Shown piece after piece: positions 26,644 through 35,523 of a stretch of DNA of 60,653 nt (positions are counted from its first letter, which is position 1; the number at the start of each line of letters is the position of its first letter). The DNA is taken from NCBI GenBank assembly GCA_050261495.1, contig JBLNDI010000064.1, positions 1 to 60,653 on the forward strand, written 5' to 3'. A program made the translations under genes and the position numbers. This DNA comes from Bacillota bacterium (GTDB lineage: Bacteria > Bacillota > Clostridia > Acetivibrionales > DTU013). The notes beneath the pieces are model-generated. The model was not told the origin of the DNA and did not search any database. It saw only the letters and a list, made by a program, of their open reading frames with translations.

Positions 26644-27963
26644 ATGGCCGAAATATTCAAAGGTATCGGAAAGATAAAATACGAAGGGAAAGGATCCGAC
26701 AACCCGTTGGCTTTCAAGTATTACAACCCTGATGAGGTGGTTGCCGGCAAAAGAATGGAAGACCACCTGAGGTTTGCCGTTGCTTACTGGCATACGTTCC
26801 AGGGAACGGGAACGGACCCGTTCGGACCGACCGGAACCGCTGTCAGGCCATGGGACGGTGTGACCGACAAGATGGAACTGGCAAAACGCAAGGTTGAAGC
26901 TAATTTTGAGTTCTGCGAAAAGCTTGGCATACCGTTCTTTTGCTTCCATGACAGGGACATCGCTCCCGAGGCGGACAACCTGAGGGAAACGAACAAGAGG
27001 CTTGACGAGATCGTTGCGGTAATCAAGGACCGCATGAAAACAAGCAGTGTGAAGCTGTTATGGGGCACTACCAATGCATTCGGACATCCGAGATTCACGC
27101 ACGGCGCATCGACGTCACCACATGCCGATGTATTCGCATATGCGGCATCCCAGGTAAAAAAGGCAATGGAAATCACCCTTGAATTGGGTGGACAGAACTA
27201 TGTTTTCTGGGGCGGCAGGGAAGGCTATGAAACCCTCCTTAACACGGATATGAAGCTGGAGCTTGACAATATGGCGCGTTTCCTCCGGATGGCCGCGGAT
27301 TATGCGAAGGAGATAGGTTTTAAAGGCCAGTTTCTGATTGAACCCAAACCAAAGGAGCCAACAAAGCATCAGTATGATTTCGATTCCGCTACTGTGATAG
27401 GATTCCTTAAAACATACGGCCTCGACCCGTACTTCAAGCTCAATATCGAAGCGAACCATGCGACACTGGCAGCGCATACGTTCCAGCACGAGCTGAGGGT
27501 GGCGCGCATAAACGGGATGCTCGGAAGCATCGACGCCAACCAGGGTGATCTGCTGCTCGGCTGGGATACGGATCAATTCCCGACAAATATTTACGAGACC
27601 ACGTTTGCAATGTATGAAGTGCTTAAAATGGGAGGCTTTACGACAGGCGGCCTGAACTTTGACGCCAAGGTCAGGAGAGGATCTTTTGAAGCTGTCGATT
27701 TGTTCTATGCGCATATTGCAGGAATGGACGCCTTTGCAAAAGGCTTGAAGACGGCGGCGAAGATGATCGAGGACGGCAAAATCGAGAAGTTCATAGCGGA
27801 AAGGTACTCAAGCTACAACACCGGCATCGGCAAGGATATCGTCGATGGCAAGGTTGGATTCAAAGAACTGGAAGAGTATGTGTTGAAGCTTGACAAGGTC
27901 GCTATTGCCTCGGGCAGGCAGGAGATGCTTGAGACAATCGTGAACGGGTACATACTGGATTAA
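26644..27963 (+). CDS. xylA: Xylose isomerase (class II)
   Basis: [43 protein letters not shown] and NFDAK motifs. RBS GGAGG before the ATG at 26644. Confidence 0.97.
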   Translation: MAEIFKGIGKIKYEGKGSDNPLAFKYYNPDEVVAGKRMEDHLRFAVAYWHTFQGTGTDPFGPTGTAVRPWDGVTDKMELAKRKVEANFEFCEKLGIPFFCFHDRDIAPEADNLRETNKRLDEIVAVIKDRMKTSSVKLLWGTTNAFGHPRFTHGASTSPHADVFAYAASQVKKAMEITLELGGQNYVFWGGREGYETLLNTDMKLELDNMARFLRMAADYAKEIGFKGQFLIEPKPKEPTKHQYDFDSATVIGFLKTYGLDPYFKLNIEANHATLAAHTFQHELRVARINGMLGSIDANQGDLLLGWDTDQFPTNIYETTFAMYEVLKMGGFTTGGLNFDAKVRRGSFEAVDLFYAHIAGMDAFAKGLKTAAKMIEDGKIEKFIAERYSSYNTGIGKDIVDGKVGFKELEEYVLKLDKVAIASGRQEMLETIVNGYILD

Positions 27964-27995
27964 CGTATCTGGCGCAAGCAAGAAAGACACCATAT

Positions 27996-28120
27996 AGCAG
28001 GCCGGGGGAGCGGTTCTGCCTGACTAAACCGGCAGAAACCGTTCCCCCGGTTTGCTTTCCGGGGGAAGGGGGACAGGTATCGGCGTATAGAGCGGCAAGC
28101 CGCCTATACGCTTGAATTTT
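27996..28120 (+). terminator. Two strong hairpins after xylA (REP-like hairpin plus terminator)
   Basis: 27996-28020 pairs with 28031-28056. GGCGTATAGAGCGGC/GCCGCCTATACGCT (28082-28112) is followed by T-rich sequence. Confidence 0.65.
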
Positions 28121-28208
28121 CATTTTTTTATTTCGTGACACATAAAATGAGTATATAAATATATTCCAGCTATTCCCGTGCTGCAATGTGCATGTAAAGA
28201 GGTGAAGC

Positions 28209-28733
28209 ATGTACTATTTCGGTGTGGAAAGGAATAAAACGGTAAAGCCGTACGACAGGGCAAAGGCGATGCAGTACGCCCACAAATGGGCTTATGCAAG
28301 AAACCCAGCTTACCTTGATTTTGAAAACCTTGGCGGGGACTGCACAAATTTTGCTTCCCAGTGCATTTTTGCCGGGAGCGGCATTATGAATTACACGCCG
28401 GTATTTGGATGGTACTATATCAACTCGTATAACAGGACGGCGTCATGGACCGGCGTAAATTACCTTTACAATTTCCTGGTCAACAACAAGGGATCCGGAC
28501 CTTTTGCCGAGGAGACGGACTTTACCGGGGTAGAGCCCGGAGATATAGCGCAGTTGTCGTTCCGTGACAGCAAAAGCTTCGATCATTCGCCTGTGATTGT
28601 GAGTATAGGAAACCCGCCGAGCCTTGACAATATCCTGATTGCTGCCCATACTTTTGATACGGATTTCTACAGGCTCATGGATTTTGAACCGGCCTACATA
28701 CGTTTTTTGCATATCATAGGCGTCAGGATATAA
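28209..28733 (+). CDS. Putative amidase domain protein (Amidase_6)
   Basis: YDRAKA..YAHKWA..RNPAY, GGDCTNFASQC, PGD, H and AAHT motifs. Confidence 0.88.
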   Translation: MYYFGVERNKTVKPYDRAKAMQYAHKWAYARNPAYLDFENLGGDCTNFASQCIFAGSGIMNYTPVFGWYYINSYNRTASWTGVNYLYNFLVNNKGSGPFAEETDFTGVEPGDIAQLSFRDSKSFDHSPVIVSIGNPPSLDNILIAAHTFDTDFYRLMDFEPAYIRFLHIIGVRI

Positions 28734-29148
28734 TAAAGATTTTTTCCGGGTCCAGCATCTTGACCAGCCTGCTGCCGACCCTGCAGACCCCGCTCAGGAA
28801 TCTGCCTATTGAAGGGGAAACGTCCTTTGGAACGGGTTCCGTATTATCGTCTTCCATCTTGACTATTTCGCGCACTTCATCGACAGTGAAGCCAACAAAT
28901 AAACCCGGCGTATTTGTAATTATTATCTTGGCATTTTCGTCGAACCCTGTGAAGGGCATATTGAACCGTCTTCTCAGGTTGAAAATGGTGTGGACTTTGC
29001 CGCGCAGGTTTGCCACTCCCTCGATATAGTCCGGTGAGTTCGGTATTTTGGCAATATCCTGCATTGCTTCGATACTGCTTATTTTTTCAATATCCAGGCC
29101 GAATTCCTCTTTATTGGCCAGAAAAACCACGAACTGCCTGGTACCCAC
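28723..29148 (-). CDS. cheW: Chemotaxis coupling protein CheW
   Basis: FVVF...EEFG, IPNSPDYIEGVANLRG and GFTVDEV motifs. Its 3' end overlaps the convergent amidase gene by 11 bp. Confidence 0.92.
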   Translation of the reverse strand: MGTRQFVVFLANKEEFGLDIEKISSIEAMQDIAKIPNSPDYIEGVANLRGKVHTIFNLRRRFNMPFTGFDENAKIIITNTPGLFVGFTVDEVREIVKMEDDNTEPVPKDVSPSIGRFLSGVCRVGSRLVKMLDPEKIFIIS

Positions 29149-29196
29149 ACAAACCCCTCCCTGCGTTTAAATCATTGCATTGCTAAAAGTCAACTG

Positions 29197-30399
29197 TTAT
29201 GAACGGTAGCTGGCATTGATTTTAACATAATCGTATGAAAAATCGCAGGTCCATACATGATCCGAGTAAACGCCTTTGTTCAGCTTGATTAAAAGCTTTA
29301 TCTCGTTCTTCCTGAGGATATCCTTTGCTTCGGCTTCGTCAAAATCAACCGCGCATCCGTTCTTGCACACTAAAAGGCTGCCTATATATATATCGGCATA
29401 TAACGGATCAAAATCAGCTCCCGAGTACCCGGCTGCCGTCATTATTCTTCCCCAGTTCGCATCCTCGCCGAATATGGCGGTTTTTACCAGAGGCGATTTT
29501 GCAATGGCGGATGCCGCCTTGTATGCGTCTGCCGGGCTGCCTGCCCCTTCGACCGCTACTTCTATCAGTTTTGTCGCCCCTTCGCCATCCTTGGCGATAA
29601 GCTTTGCCAGGTGTGCGCAAACATATTCCAGCCCTTTTCTGAACTGCTCGTAATCTTCATTTTCATGTATAATCCCGGCATTATCGGCCATCCCGTTAGC
29701 CAGGATGACAACCATGTCGCATACGCTGGTATCCCCGTCCACGCTCACCCTGTTGAAAGTTGTTTCGACCACTTCCCTGAGGGCTTTATCCAGGAGTTTT
29801 CTCGATATGTTGGCATCTGTCGTAATTACGCCGATAAGAGTTGCCATGTTGGGGTGAATCATACCCGAGCCCTTTGCCATTCCGCCTATTACAACCCTGG
29901 TTTCCTGAATCTCAAGCTCTATGGCTATTTCCTTGAACATCGTATCGGTTGTCATTATTGCTTCCAGCGCGTCGCGCCCTCCGTTGGGATCCATGCTGCT
30001 GACAAGCGTTTCCAGCGCCGGGCGTATCGCATCCATATTCAGCGGTTTTCCTATTACCCCGGTAGACCCGACGAGTATTTCCTGCGGGCTGCATTCAAGA
30101 AGTCCTGCCGTTATTTCCGCAATTTCCAATGCGTCCCGGTAGCCCTGTTCACCAACGCAGGCATTGGCATTTCCGCTGTTTATGACAATCGCGCTGGCAT
30201 ACCCGTTTTTTATATGATCCATGGTTAATTGCAAAGAATGACCTTTTACTCTATTCAAAGTAAAAACGCCTGCCGCGGCTGCGCTATCTTCCGAACAGAC
30301 AATTGCCAGGTCTTTTTTTCCGTCCTTTTTAATGCCGCAAGCCACCCCCGTGGCGAAAAAGCCTTCAGGGGCCGTAACTCCTCCGGTTATTATGTTCAT
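29197..30399 (-). CDS. argJ: Ornithine acetyltransferase / N-acetylglutamate synthase
   Basis: NSGNANA, STGVIG, IMTTDT, KGSGMIHPNMAT, DGEGATK and DANWGRI motifs. RBS AGGAGTGA before the ATG at 30399. Confidence 0.96.
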   Translation of the reverse strand: MNIITGGVTAPEGFFATGVACGIKKDGKKDLAIVCSEDSAAAAGVFTLNRVKGHSLQLTMDHIKNGYASAIVINSGNANACVGEQGYRDALEIAEITAGLLECSPQEILVGSTGVIGKPLNMDAIRPALETLVSSMDPNGGRDALEAIMTTDTMFKEIAIELEIQETRVVIGGMAKGSGMIHPNMATLIGVITTDANISRKLLDKALREVVETTFNRVSVDGDTSVCDMVVILANGMADNAGIIHENEDYEQFRKGLEYVCAHLAKLIAKDGEGATKLIEVAVEGAGSPADAYKAASAIAKSPLVKTAIFGEDANWGRIMTAAGYSGADFDPLYADIYIGSLLVCKNGCAVDFDEAEAKDILRKNEIKLLIKLNKGVYSDHVWTCDFSYDYVKINASYRS

Positions 30400-30456
30400 A
30401 CATATCACTCCTGGTACAAGTATGTAAAAAGTCACGCGTTCTTTTTAAATAATTAA

Positions 30457-30485
30457 ATTATACATAATTGCATTAATGTATTCAA
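30457..30485 (-). promoter_or_regulatory. SigmaA promoter of argJ(-cheW)
   Basis: Minus strand reads TTGAAT, 17 nt, TATAAT. Confidence 0.7.
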
Positions 30486-30552
30486 TTAAATTAAGCTATA
30501 AATATAAAAAAATTGCAATAATGACGGGCGGTAAACAGGCGCTGTAAATCAA

Positions 30553-30593
30553 TAAAAAAGTTCTATCAATTGATGGAACCAATTGATAGAACT
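30553..30593 (-). terminator. Intrinsic terminator of the garR-transketolase operon
   Basis: Perfect 14-bp stem AGTTCTATCAATTG/CAATTGATAGAACT followed by a T-run on the minus strand. Confidence 0.8.
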
Positions 30594-30733
30594 CTCAAAT
30601 GAGACTTTCCCGCCGTTGGAAGTTGGTAGAGGTTTATTATGGGAACAGATTTTTCTCTAGTAATTCCTTATGACGGGAAAAGGAGTCCGCGGGATAAAAA
30701 CCTTAGTGCTCCGCCCGGTAATGCCGGTAATGC

Positions 30734-31663
30734 CTAGCAAGCGCGAATCGCATCCATAATGGCTTTTGAGGTGAGTCCGTAAGCCTCGAGAAGCGTTTCG
30801 TAATCTTGCCCGGAAGTGCCGAATTTGTCCTGTATACCGACCATCCTGACCTTCTTGGGCTGTTTTTCGGCAAGAATGCTTGCAATGGCAGTTCCAAGCC
30901 CGCCGATAACCGAGTGTTCTTCTGCGGTAACCACCGTGCTGAAATCCTTGCAAATGTTCAAAACCGCATCGCTGTCAATAGGCTTCAGCGAGGGGACATT
31001 GACAACCATGACCGAGCAACCTTCCTTCTCCAGTGCGTCTGCGGCTTCCAGGGCCTTGGAAACCATAACGCCCGTGGCAAAAACGACTGCATCCTTTCCT
31101 TGTCGGAGGGGATATACCTTTCCGGGTATGAATTTTTCATCCGGGTTTGTGCAGTCGGGCAGATCGTTACGGTTGATGCGAATGTACATGGGACCTTTGT
31201 TTTCAGCCATGTAGCGGACTATCTTTTCAGTCTCGATGGCGTCGGCAGGGGAGAACACCTGCATATTCGGCAACACTCTCATTAATGCCACGTCATCAAC
31301 AGACTGGTGCGTTGAGCCGTCTCCCGCGTCCGATAAACCTGCGCTTGAACCGCATATTTTAACATTAAGCGCCGGAATGCAGATGGCCGTCCGTATTTGA
31401 TCATAGCAACGGCCCGTGCTGAATACGGCAAAGGACGCAATAAAAGGAATTTTGCCCGTTAGTGAAAGGCCTGCGGCAACGCCGGCCATGTTCGCCTCGG
31501 CAATACCCATCTCGTAAAAACGGTTGGGATATGCTTGTTGAAACAATATACCCTGCGTGGATTTGCCCAAATCGGCTTCCAACACTACAATGTCCGGATT
31601 TTCCCTTCCCAGGGCCACCAGGGTTTCGCCATAAGCAACGCGCTGATTATGCAACTGTATCAT
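30734..31663 (-). CDS. Transketolase, C-terminal (pyrimidine-binding) subunit
   Basis: ADLGKST, EMGIAEANM, DGSTHQ, GPMYIR and EEHSVIGGLG motifs. Confidence 0.93.
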   Translation of the reverse strand: MIQLHNQRVAYGETLVALGRENPDIVVLEADLGKSTQGILFQQAYPNRFYEMGIAEANMAGVAAGLSLTGKIPFIASFAVFSTGRCYDQIRTAICIPALNVKICGSSAGLSDAGDGSTHQSVDDVALMRVLPNMQVFSPADAIETEKIVRYMAENKGPMYIRINRNDLPDCTNPDEKFIPGKVYPLRQGKDAVVFATGVMVSKALEAADALEKEGCSVMVVNVPSLKPIDSDAVLNICKDFSTVVTAEEHSVIGGLGTAIASILAEKQPKKVRMVGIQDKFGTSGQDYETLLEAYGLTSKAIMDAIRAC

Positions 31664-31710
31664 AAAAAACCTCCCTATCGCAGCTTTGCTGAAATGTCTT
31701 GCTTCTTTGT

Positions 31711-32544
31711 TTATAACATACGGTCTATGTCTTCGTGCGCCTGCTTGAACTGTTCGGGCGTCAGCGGACCGTTGTGGAACTCGGCCCTGCCTTCGGCGAA
31801 AAGAACGCCCTTGCCCTTTATGGTATTCGCCAGGATCAATACAGGCTTTTCCGAACTTTTATCGGCTTCATAAAGGGCATTGCAGATACTCTCCATATCG
31901 TGCCCGTCAATCTCGATTACATTCCAGCCGAAAGCCTCCCATTTTGATTTTACATCGCCTATGTCCATTCTATCCTTAATAGCTCCGGTTGCCTGGACCT
32001 TGTTGTGGTCAACGATGGCAATAAGGTTGTCGGCATGGTAATTGGCTGCCGCCATGGCGGCTTCCCAGACCTGGCCTTCGGCTAATTCACCGTCGCCGAG
32101 AATTACGTAAACCTTGCGCTTGCTTCCGTTGCTCTTCAAACCGAGAGCCATTCCAAGCCCAATGGAAAGGCCTTGGCCAAGCGAGCCCGTATTGGCTTCA
32201 ATTCCTGGCGTTTTAGTCATGTCGGGATGGCCTTGCAATATGGAATTGTATTCTTTTACCTTTTTCAAGTGTTCTCTGGAGAAGTAGCCGCATTCTGCCA
32301 GGGCGGCATATTGGGCAAGCGCCGCGTGGCCCTTGCTGAGCAAAAAACGGTCCCTGTCTTCCGACCGGGGATTGGCCGGATCATGCTTCATTTTATGAAA
32401 GTAGAGCACAGCCACAATATCCGCTATGGAACAGGAACCGCCAAGGTGTCCCACTTTTCCTTTTTCGCAACCTACCATGTCGATTATGTCGTGCCTGATC
32501 GCTTTTGCTTTTTCTTTTAAAAATGCTATATCGCAGACTGCCAT
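31711..32544 (-). CDS. Transketolase, N-terminal (ThDP-binding) subunit
   Basis: GHLGG, DRFLLSKGH, LQGHP, TGSLGQG, GDGELAEG...N and TIKGKG motifs. RBS AGGAAGGAG before the ATG at 32544. Confidence 0.93.
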   Translation of the reverse strand: MAVCDIAFLKEKAKAIRHDIIDMVGCEKGKVGHLGGSCSIADIVAVLYFHKMKHDPANPRSEDRDRFLLSKGHAALAQYAALAECGYFSREHLKKVKEYNSILQGHPDMTKTPGIEANTGSLGQGLSIGLGMALGLKSNGSKRKVYVILGDGELAEGQVWEAAMAAANYHADNLIAIVDHNKVQATGAIKDRMDIGDVKSKWEAFGWNVIEIDGHDMESICNALYEADKSSEKPVLILANTIKGKGVLFAEGRAEFHNGPLTPEQFKQAHEDIDRML

Positions 32545-32581
32545 TGTATTACTCCTTCCTTGTACATGCATTAAAGGATTT

Positions 32582-33283
32582 TTAATCGGAATCCTTCCTT
32601 TGGTTTAAGGCCGCTTCAATAGTATCAATGATATGTTCACGCATCACCGCCCTGGCGCGCTCGCTGTCCCTGGCCTCAATACAGTCGATAATCCGTTTGT
32701 GGTAATAGAAAGCGTTTGTGGTGCCCATTACTGCTATAATATCGTAAAGCCCGGCAAGAAAAATATCCTTCAATATCATATAGATTTTTACCAGGAGCGG
32801 GTTGGCGGATGCTTTTGCAATCAGGTAGTGGAACTCCAGATCACACTCGGCAGCAGCCTTCGTGTCATTGCCAAGCTGCCTGTGATGGGCCAGGTTGTCC
32901 TTAAGCTTTTGTATCGTCTCGTCATCAGCGCGCATGGCTGCCAGTCCGGCCATTTCGCAGTCGAATATCATGCGGAACTCGAGAAGATGCTTCAGGTCGG
33001 GCTTGCTGAGCATGATAATTGGCACCAGGTTGTTGAGGTACTGCTCGCCTGATACTTCGCAAACGAAAGTGCCTTCGCCCTGCCTGCTTTCCACCAGTCC
33101 AAGACTTGCCAGCCTGTGAAGCGCACTGCGTACCGATATCCTGCTTACGCCCAGGGTGGCCGCCAATTCGTTTTCCGAAGGTATCTTGCTGCCGGGAGCC
33201 CACTCGCCGGAAGCGATCGCGTTCATAAACTGCTCATATACCTCATTGCTGATATTTCTCTTTTGTATATTCGTCAATGCCAC
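32582..33283 (-). CDS. FadR/GntR family transcriptional regulator
   Basis: IPSENELA..LGVSR.SVR...GEGTFV HTH and an FCD domain (DLEFH...ANP...H). Confidence 0.93.
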   Translation of the reverse strand: MALTNIQKRNISNEVYEQFMNAIASGEWAPGSKIPSENELAATLGVSRISVRSALHRLASLGLVESRQGEGTFVCEVSGEQYLNNLVPIIMLSKPDLKHLLEFRMIFDCEMAGLAAMRADDETIQKLKDNLAHHRQLGNDTKAAAECDLEFHYLIAKASANPLLVKIYMILKDIFLAGLYDIIAVMGTTNAFYYHKRIIDCIEARDSERARAVMREHIIDTIEAALNQRKDSD

Positions 33284-33367
33284 TCAAGTTACACCACCTC
33301 AATGAAACAAAGCAATTTGAATTAGGAAACCTCCCAGGTGCAAACACCTGCTGCAGTCAGATATTTG

Positions 33368-34255
33368 CTACCTGCGGACATCAGTACCCGCGAGCGCTTC
33401 GTAGTATTGTACGAGCGCGCTGTGATCCTGTCCTCCCTTATTGTTGGACTTAAGCCACTGCATCATTTCCATCACGTAGGAAGTCAGGGGCAGGGGAGCG
33501 CCAACGCTGTGCCCTGTCTCAAGCACATTGTTGAGGTCTTTAATATGCAGCTCTATGCGGAAACCGGGATTGAAGTTGCCATCCATCATCATGGGAGCCT
33601 TGGCATCCATAACGGTGCTGCCCGCCAAGCCTCCCCGGATAGCTTGGTATATTGCTTCGGGATTGACTCCGGCTTTTTTGCCGAGAACAAGGGCTTCACT
33701 GACCGCCGCGATATTCAATGCGACGATTACCTGGTTGGCAAGCTTTGTGGTATTGCCTGCTCCAATGCTGCCGCAATGCACGGCTGACGCACCCATTGCC
33801 AGCAATATGTCCTTTACTTTTTCAAAGACTTCCTTTTTGCCTCCTACCATGATGGACAGCGTACCGTCGATAGCCTTCGGCTCGCCTCCGCTTACCGGCG
33901 CGTCAAGCATTTCGCAGCCCTTTGCTTCGACAGCGGCGCAAATCTCCTGGGATGCCAGGGGTGCGATAGAGCTCATATCTATGAGTATTGATCCGGGACG
34001 CATACCGGAAAGTATGCCGTTTTCACCCAGCACAGCAGCTTTTACGTCGGGGGAATTCGGCAGCATGGTTATGATGACATCGCTTGCAGCTGCAACTTCC
34101 TTGCCGCTTTTCGCAGGGACGGCTCCGCAGCTTGCCAGTTCATCAACCGGTTCCTGCCTGACATCGTAGACAACCAGTGAATAACCGGCTTTAAGCAAAT
34201 TTTTCGACATTGGCTTGCCCATAATACCGAGTCCTACAAAACCTATTCTCTTCAA
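33368..34255 (-). CDS. garR: 2-hydroxy-3-oxopropionate (tartronate semialdehyde) reductase
   Basis: GFVGLGIMGKPMSKNL, MLDAPVSGGEPKAIDGTL, KLANQVIVALNIAA and FRIELHIKDL closely match the GarR pattern. Confidence 0.88.
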   Translation of the reverse strand: MKRIGFVGLGIMGKPMSKNLLKAGYSLVVYDVRQEPVDELASCGAVPAKSGKEVAAASDVIITMLPNSPDVKAAVLGENGILSGMRPGSILIDMSSIAPLASQEICAAVEAKGCEMLDAPVSGGEPKAIDGTLSIMVGGKKEVFEKVKDILLAMGASAVHCGSIGAGNTTKLANQVIVALNIAAVSEALVLGKKAGVNPEAIYQAIRGGLAGSTVMDAKAPMMMDGNFNPGFRIELHIKDLNNVLETGHSVGAPLPLTSYVMEMMQWLKSNNKGGQDHSALVQYYEALAGTDVRR

Positions 34256-34342
34256 TTCGATCTTCCTTTCATATATTTAATATTATAAGAACCGATGCGA
34301 AATAACCCTGACGCTATTATTGCCATTAACAAATTAATTCGC

Positions 34343-34523
34343 TTGTAATACATCATATAATATATTAATTGTTTTGTCAATAATTACATTGCTAAGTCAA
34401 ACAATTGATATGCGCCTCAAAAACGGCAATTCAACGGGTATTAAAGAAATAAGAAAACTCTATTGACATAATAATTATTCTGTAATAAACTGTAATTACT
34501 TCCGAAGTTGTATTACAACATAT
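34343..34523. promoter_or_regulatory. Divergent sigmaA promoters, each with a TTGTAwTACAwCATAT operator
   Basis: Minus strand: TTGACA (34380-34375), 17 nt, TATGAT, with a site at 34343-34358. Plus strand: TTGACA (34463-34468), 17 nt, TAAACT, with a site at 34508-34523. Confidence 0.7.
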
Positions 34524-34595
34524 GACCTGATATTTCATGGAAAATACATACATGAATAGTATAGTAAAGAAAATACAGGAGATGGGGTTGTAAAA

Positions 34596-35399
34596 ATGGA
34601 CGTTGGAAATTATTTAAAAACGATTTTCTCTCTCGAAGGTAAGATTGCTCTGATAACGGGAGCAGGAGGGGGCATAGGGAGCGCGCTGACAAAAGGACTT
34701 GCCGGAGCAGGAGCAACCGTGGCCATGACGGATATATCCATGGAATCCCTGGACAGGCTTATCGGGCAGATTCCCCCGGGGAATCACAAGGCGCTGTACC
34801 TGGATGTCGGCGATTTGAATTCCATACGTTCCTGCGTGGCAGAGGTGCTGAAGGAATATGGCCGTATCGACATCCTTGTTAATTGCGCGGGCATCAACAA
34901 GAGGGAAGGGTTCCTGGATGTTGAAGAGAGCACGTATGACCGCATTATGAATATTAACCTGAAAGGGGTGTTTTTCCTGACCCAGGAGGTTGTCCGCGAA
35001 TCAATGCGGCATACTGGCGGGAAGATCATCAACATCGGTTCTTATAACAGCACGAGCATGCTGGGCGGCGTTTCCGTTTACGGAGCAACCAAGAGCGCCG
35101 TTGCCGCATTGACGCGTTCGATGGCGATAGAATGGGCGAAATTCAACATACAGGCAAATTGTATCGCTCCGGGACATATCCTTACCGAGTTGACAAAAGT
35201 AACCTGGGAAAACGAGCATCGTGCCAATTACCTGCGGGAGCGAATTGCCGCGGAGCGTCCCGGCAATCCCGAGGAACTGGTGGGATTGCTTTTGCTGCTT
35301 GCTTCCGATGCTTCCAGTTATATGACGGGGCACTTGTTTAACGTTGACGGCGGCGCCCTGGTTGGCGGAAAACCTTGGCAATTTGATACGAAATACTAA
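34596..35399 (+). CDS. SDR oxidoreductase (gluconate 5-dehydrogenase/KduD-like)
   Basis: FSLEGKIALITGAGGGIG, LVNCAG, catalytic S...YGATK, NCIAPG and VDGG motifs. Confidence 0.88.
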   Translation: MDVGNYLKTIFSLEGKIALITGAGGGIGSALTKGLAGAGATVAMTDISMESLDRLIGQIPPGNHKALYLDVGDLNSIRSCVAEVLKEYGRIDILVNCAGINKREGFLDVEESTYDRIMNINLKGVFFLTQEVVRESMRHTGGKIINIGSYNSTSMLGGVSVYGATKSAVAALTRSMAIEWAKFNIQANCIAPGHILTELTKVTWENEHRANYLRERIAAERPGNPEELVGLLLLLASDASSYMTGHLFNVDGGALVGGKPWQFDTKY

Positions 35400-35437
35400 T
35401 TTAGACTGCTTGTAAAAGTAATGTAAAAGAGTAATGT

Positions 35438-35482
35438 AAAAAAGAGGCAGCCCTTTTCAAGTCCACAATGAAAAGGGCTGCC
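35438..35482 (-). terminator. Intrinsic terminator between convergent SDR and glycoside hydrolase genes
   Basis: GGCAGCCCTTTTCA/TGAAAAGGGCTGCC 14-bp stem with a T-run on the minus strand. Confidence 0.8.
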
Positions 35483-35523
35483 GGTGAATATTCAAATAAT
35501 ACTAATAATATTTGCTGGAGGCG

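Noticed and set aside
30440-30500. ArgR (ARG) boxes at the argJ promoter
   Set aside because: AT-rich partial matches only; the spacing does not fit TGAAT-N4-ATTCA.
30734-32544. Transketolase in two ORFs as a frameshifted pseudogene
   Set aside because: Each half has its own RBS and complete motifs, and two-subunit transketolases are common.
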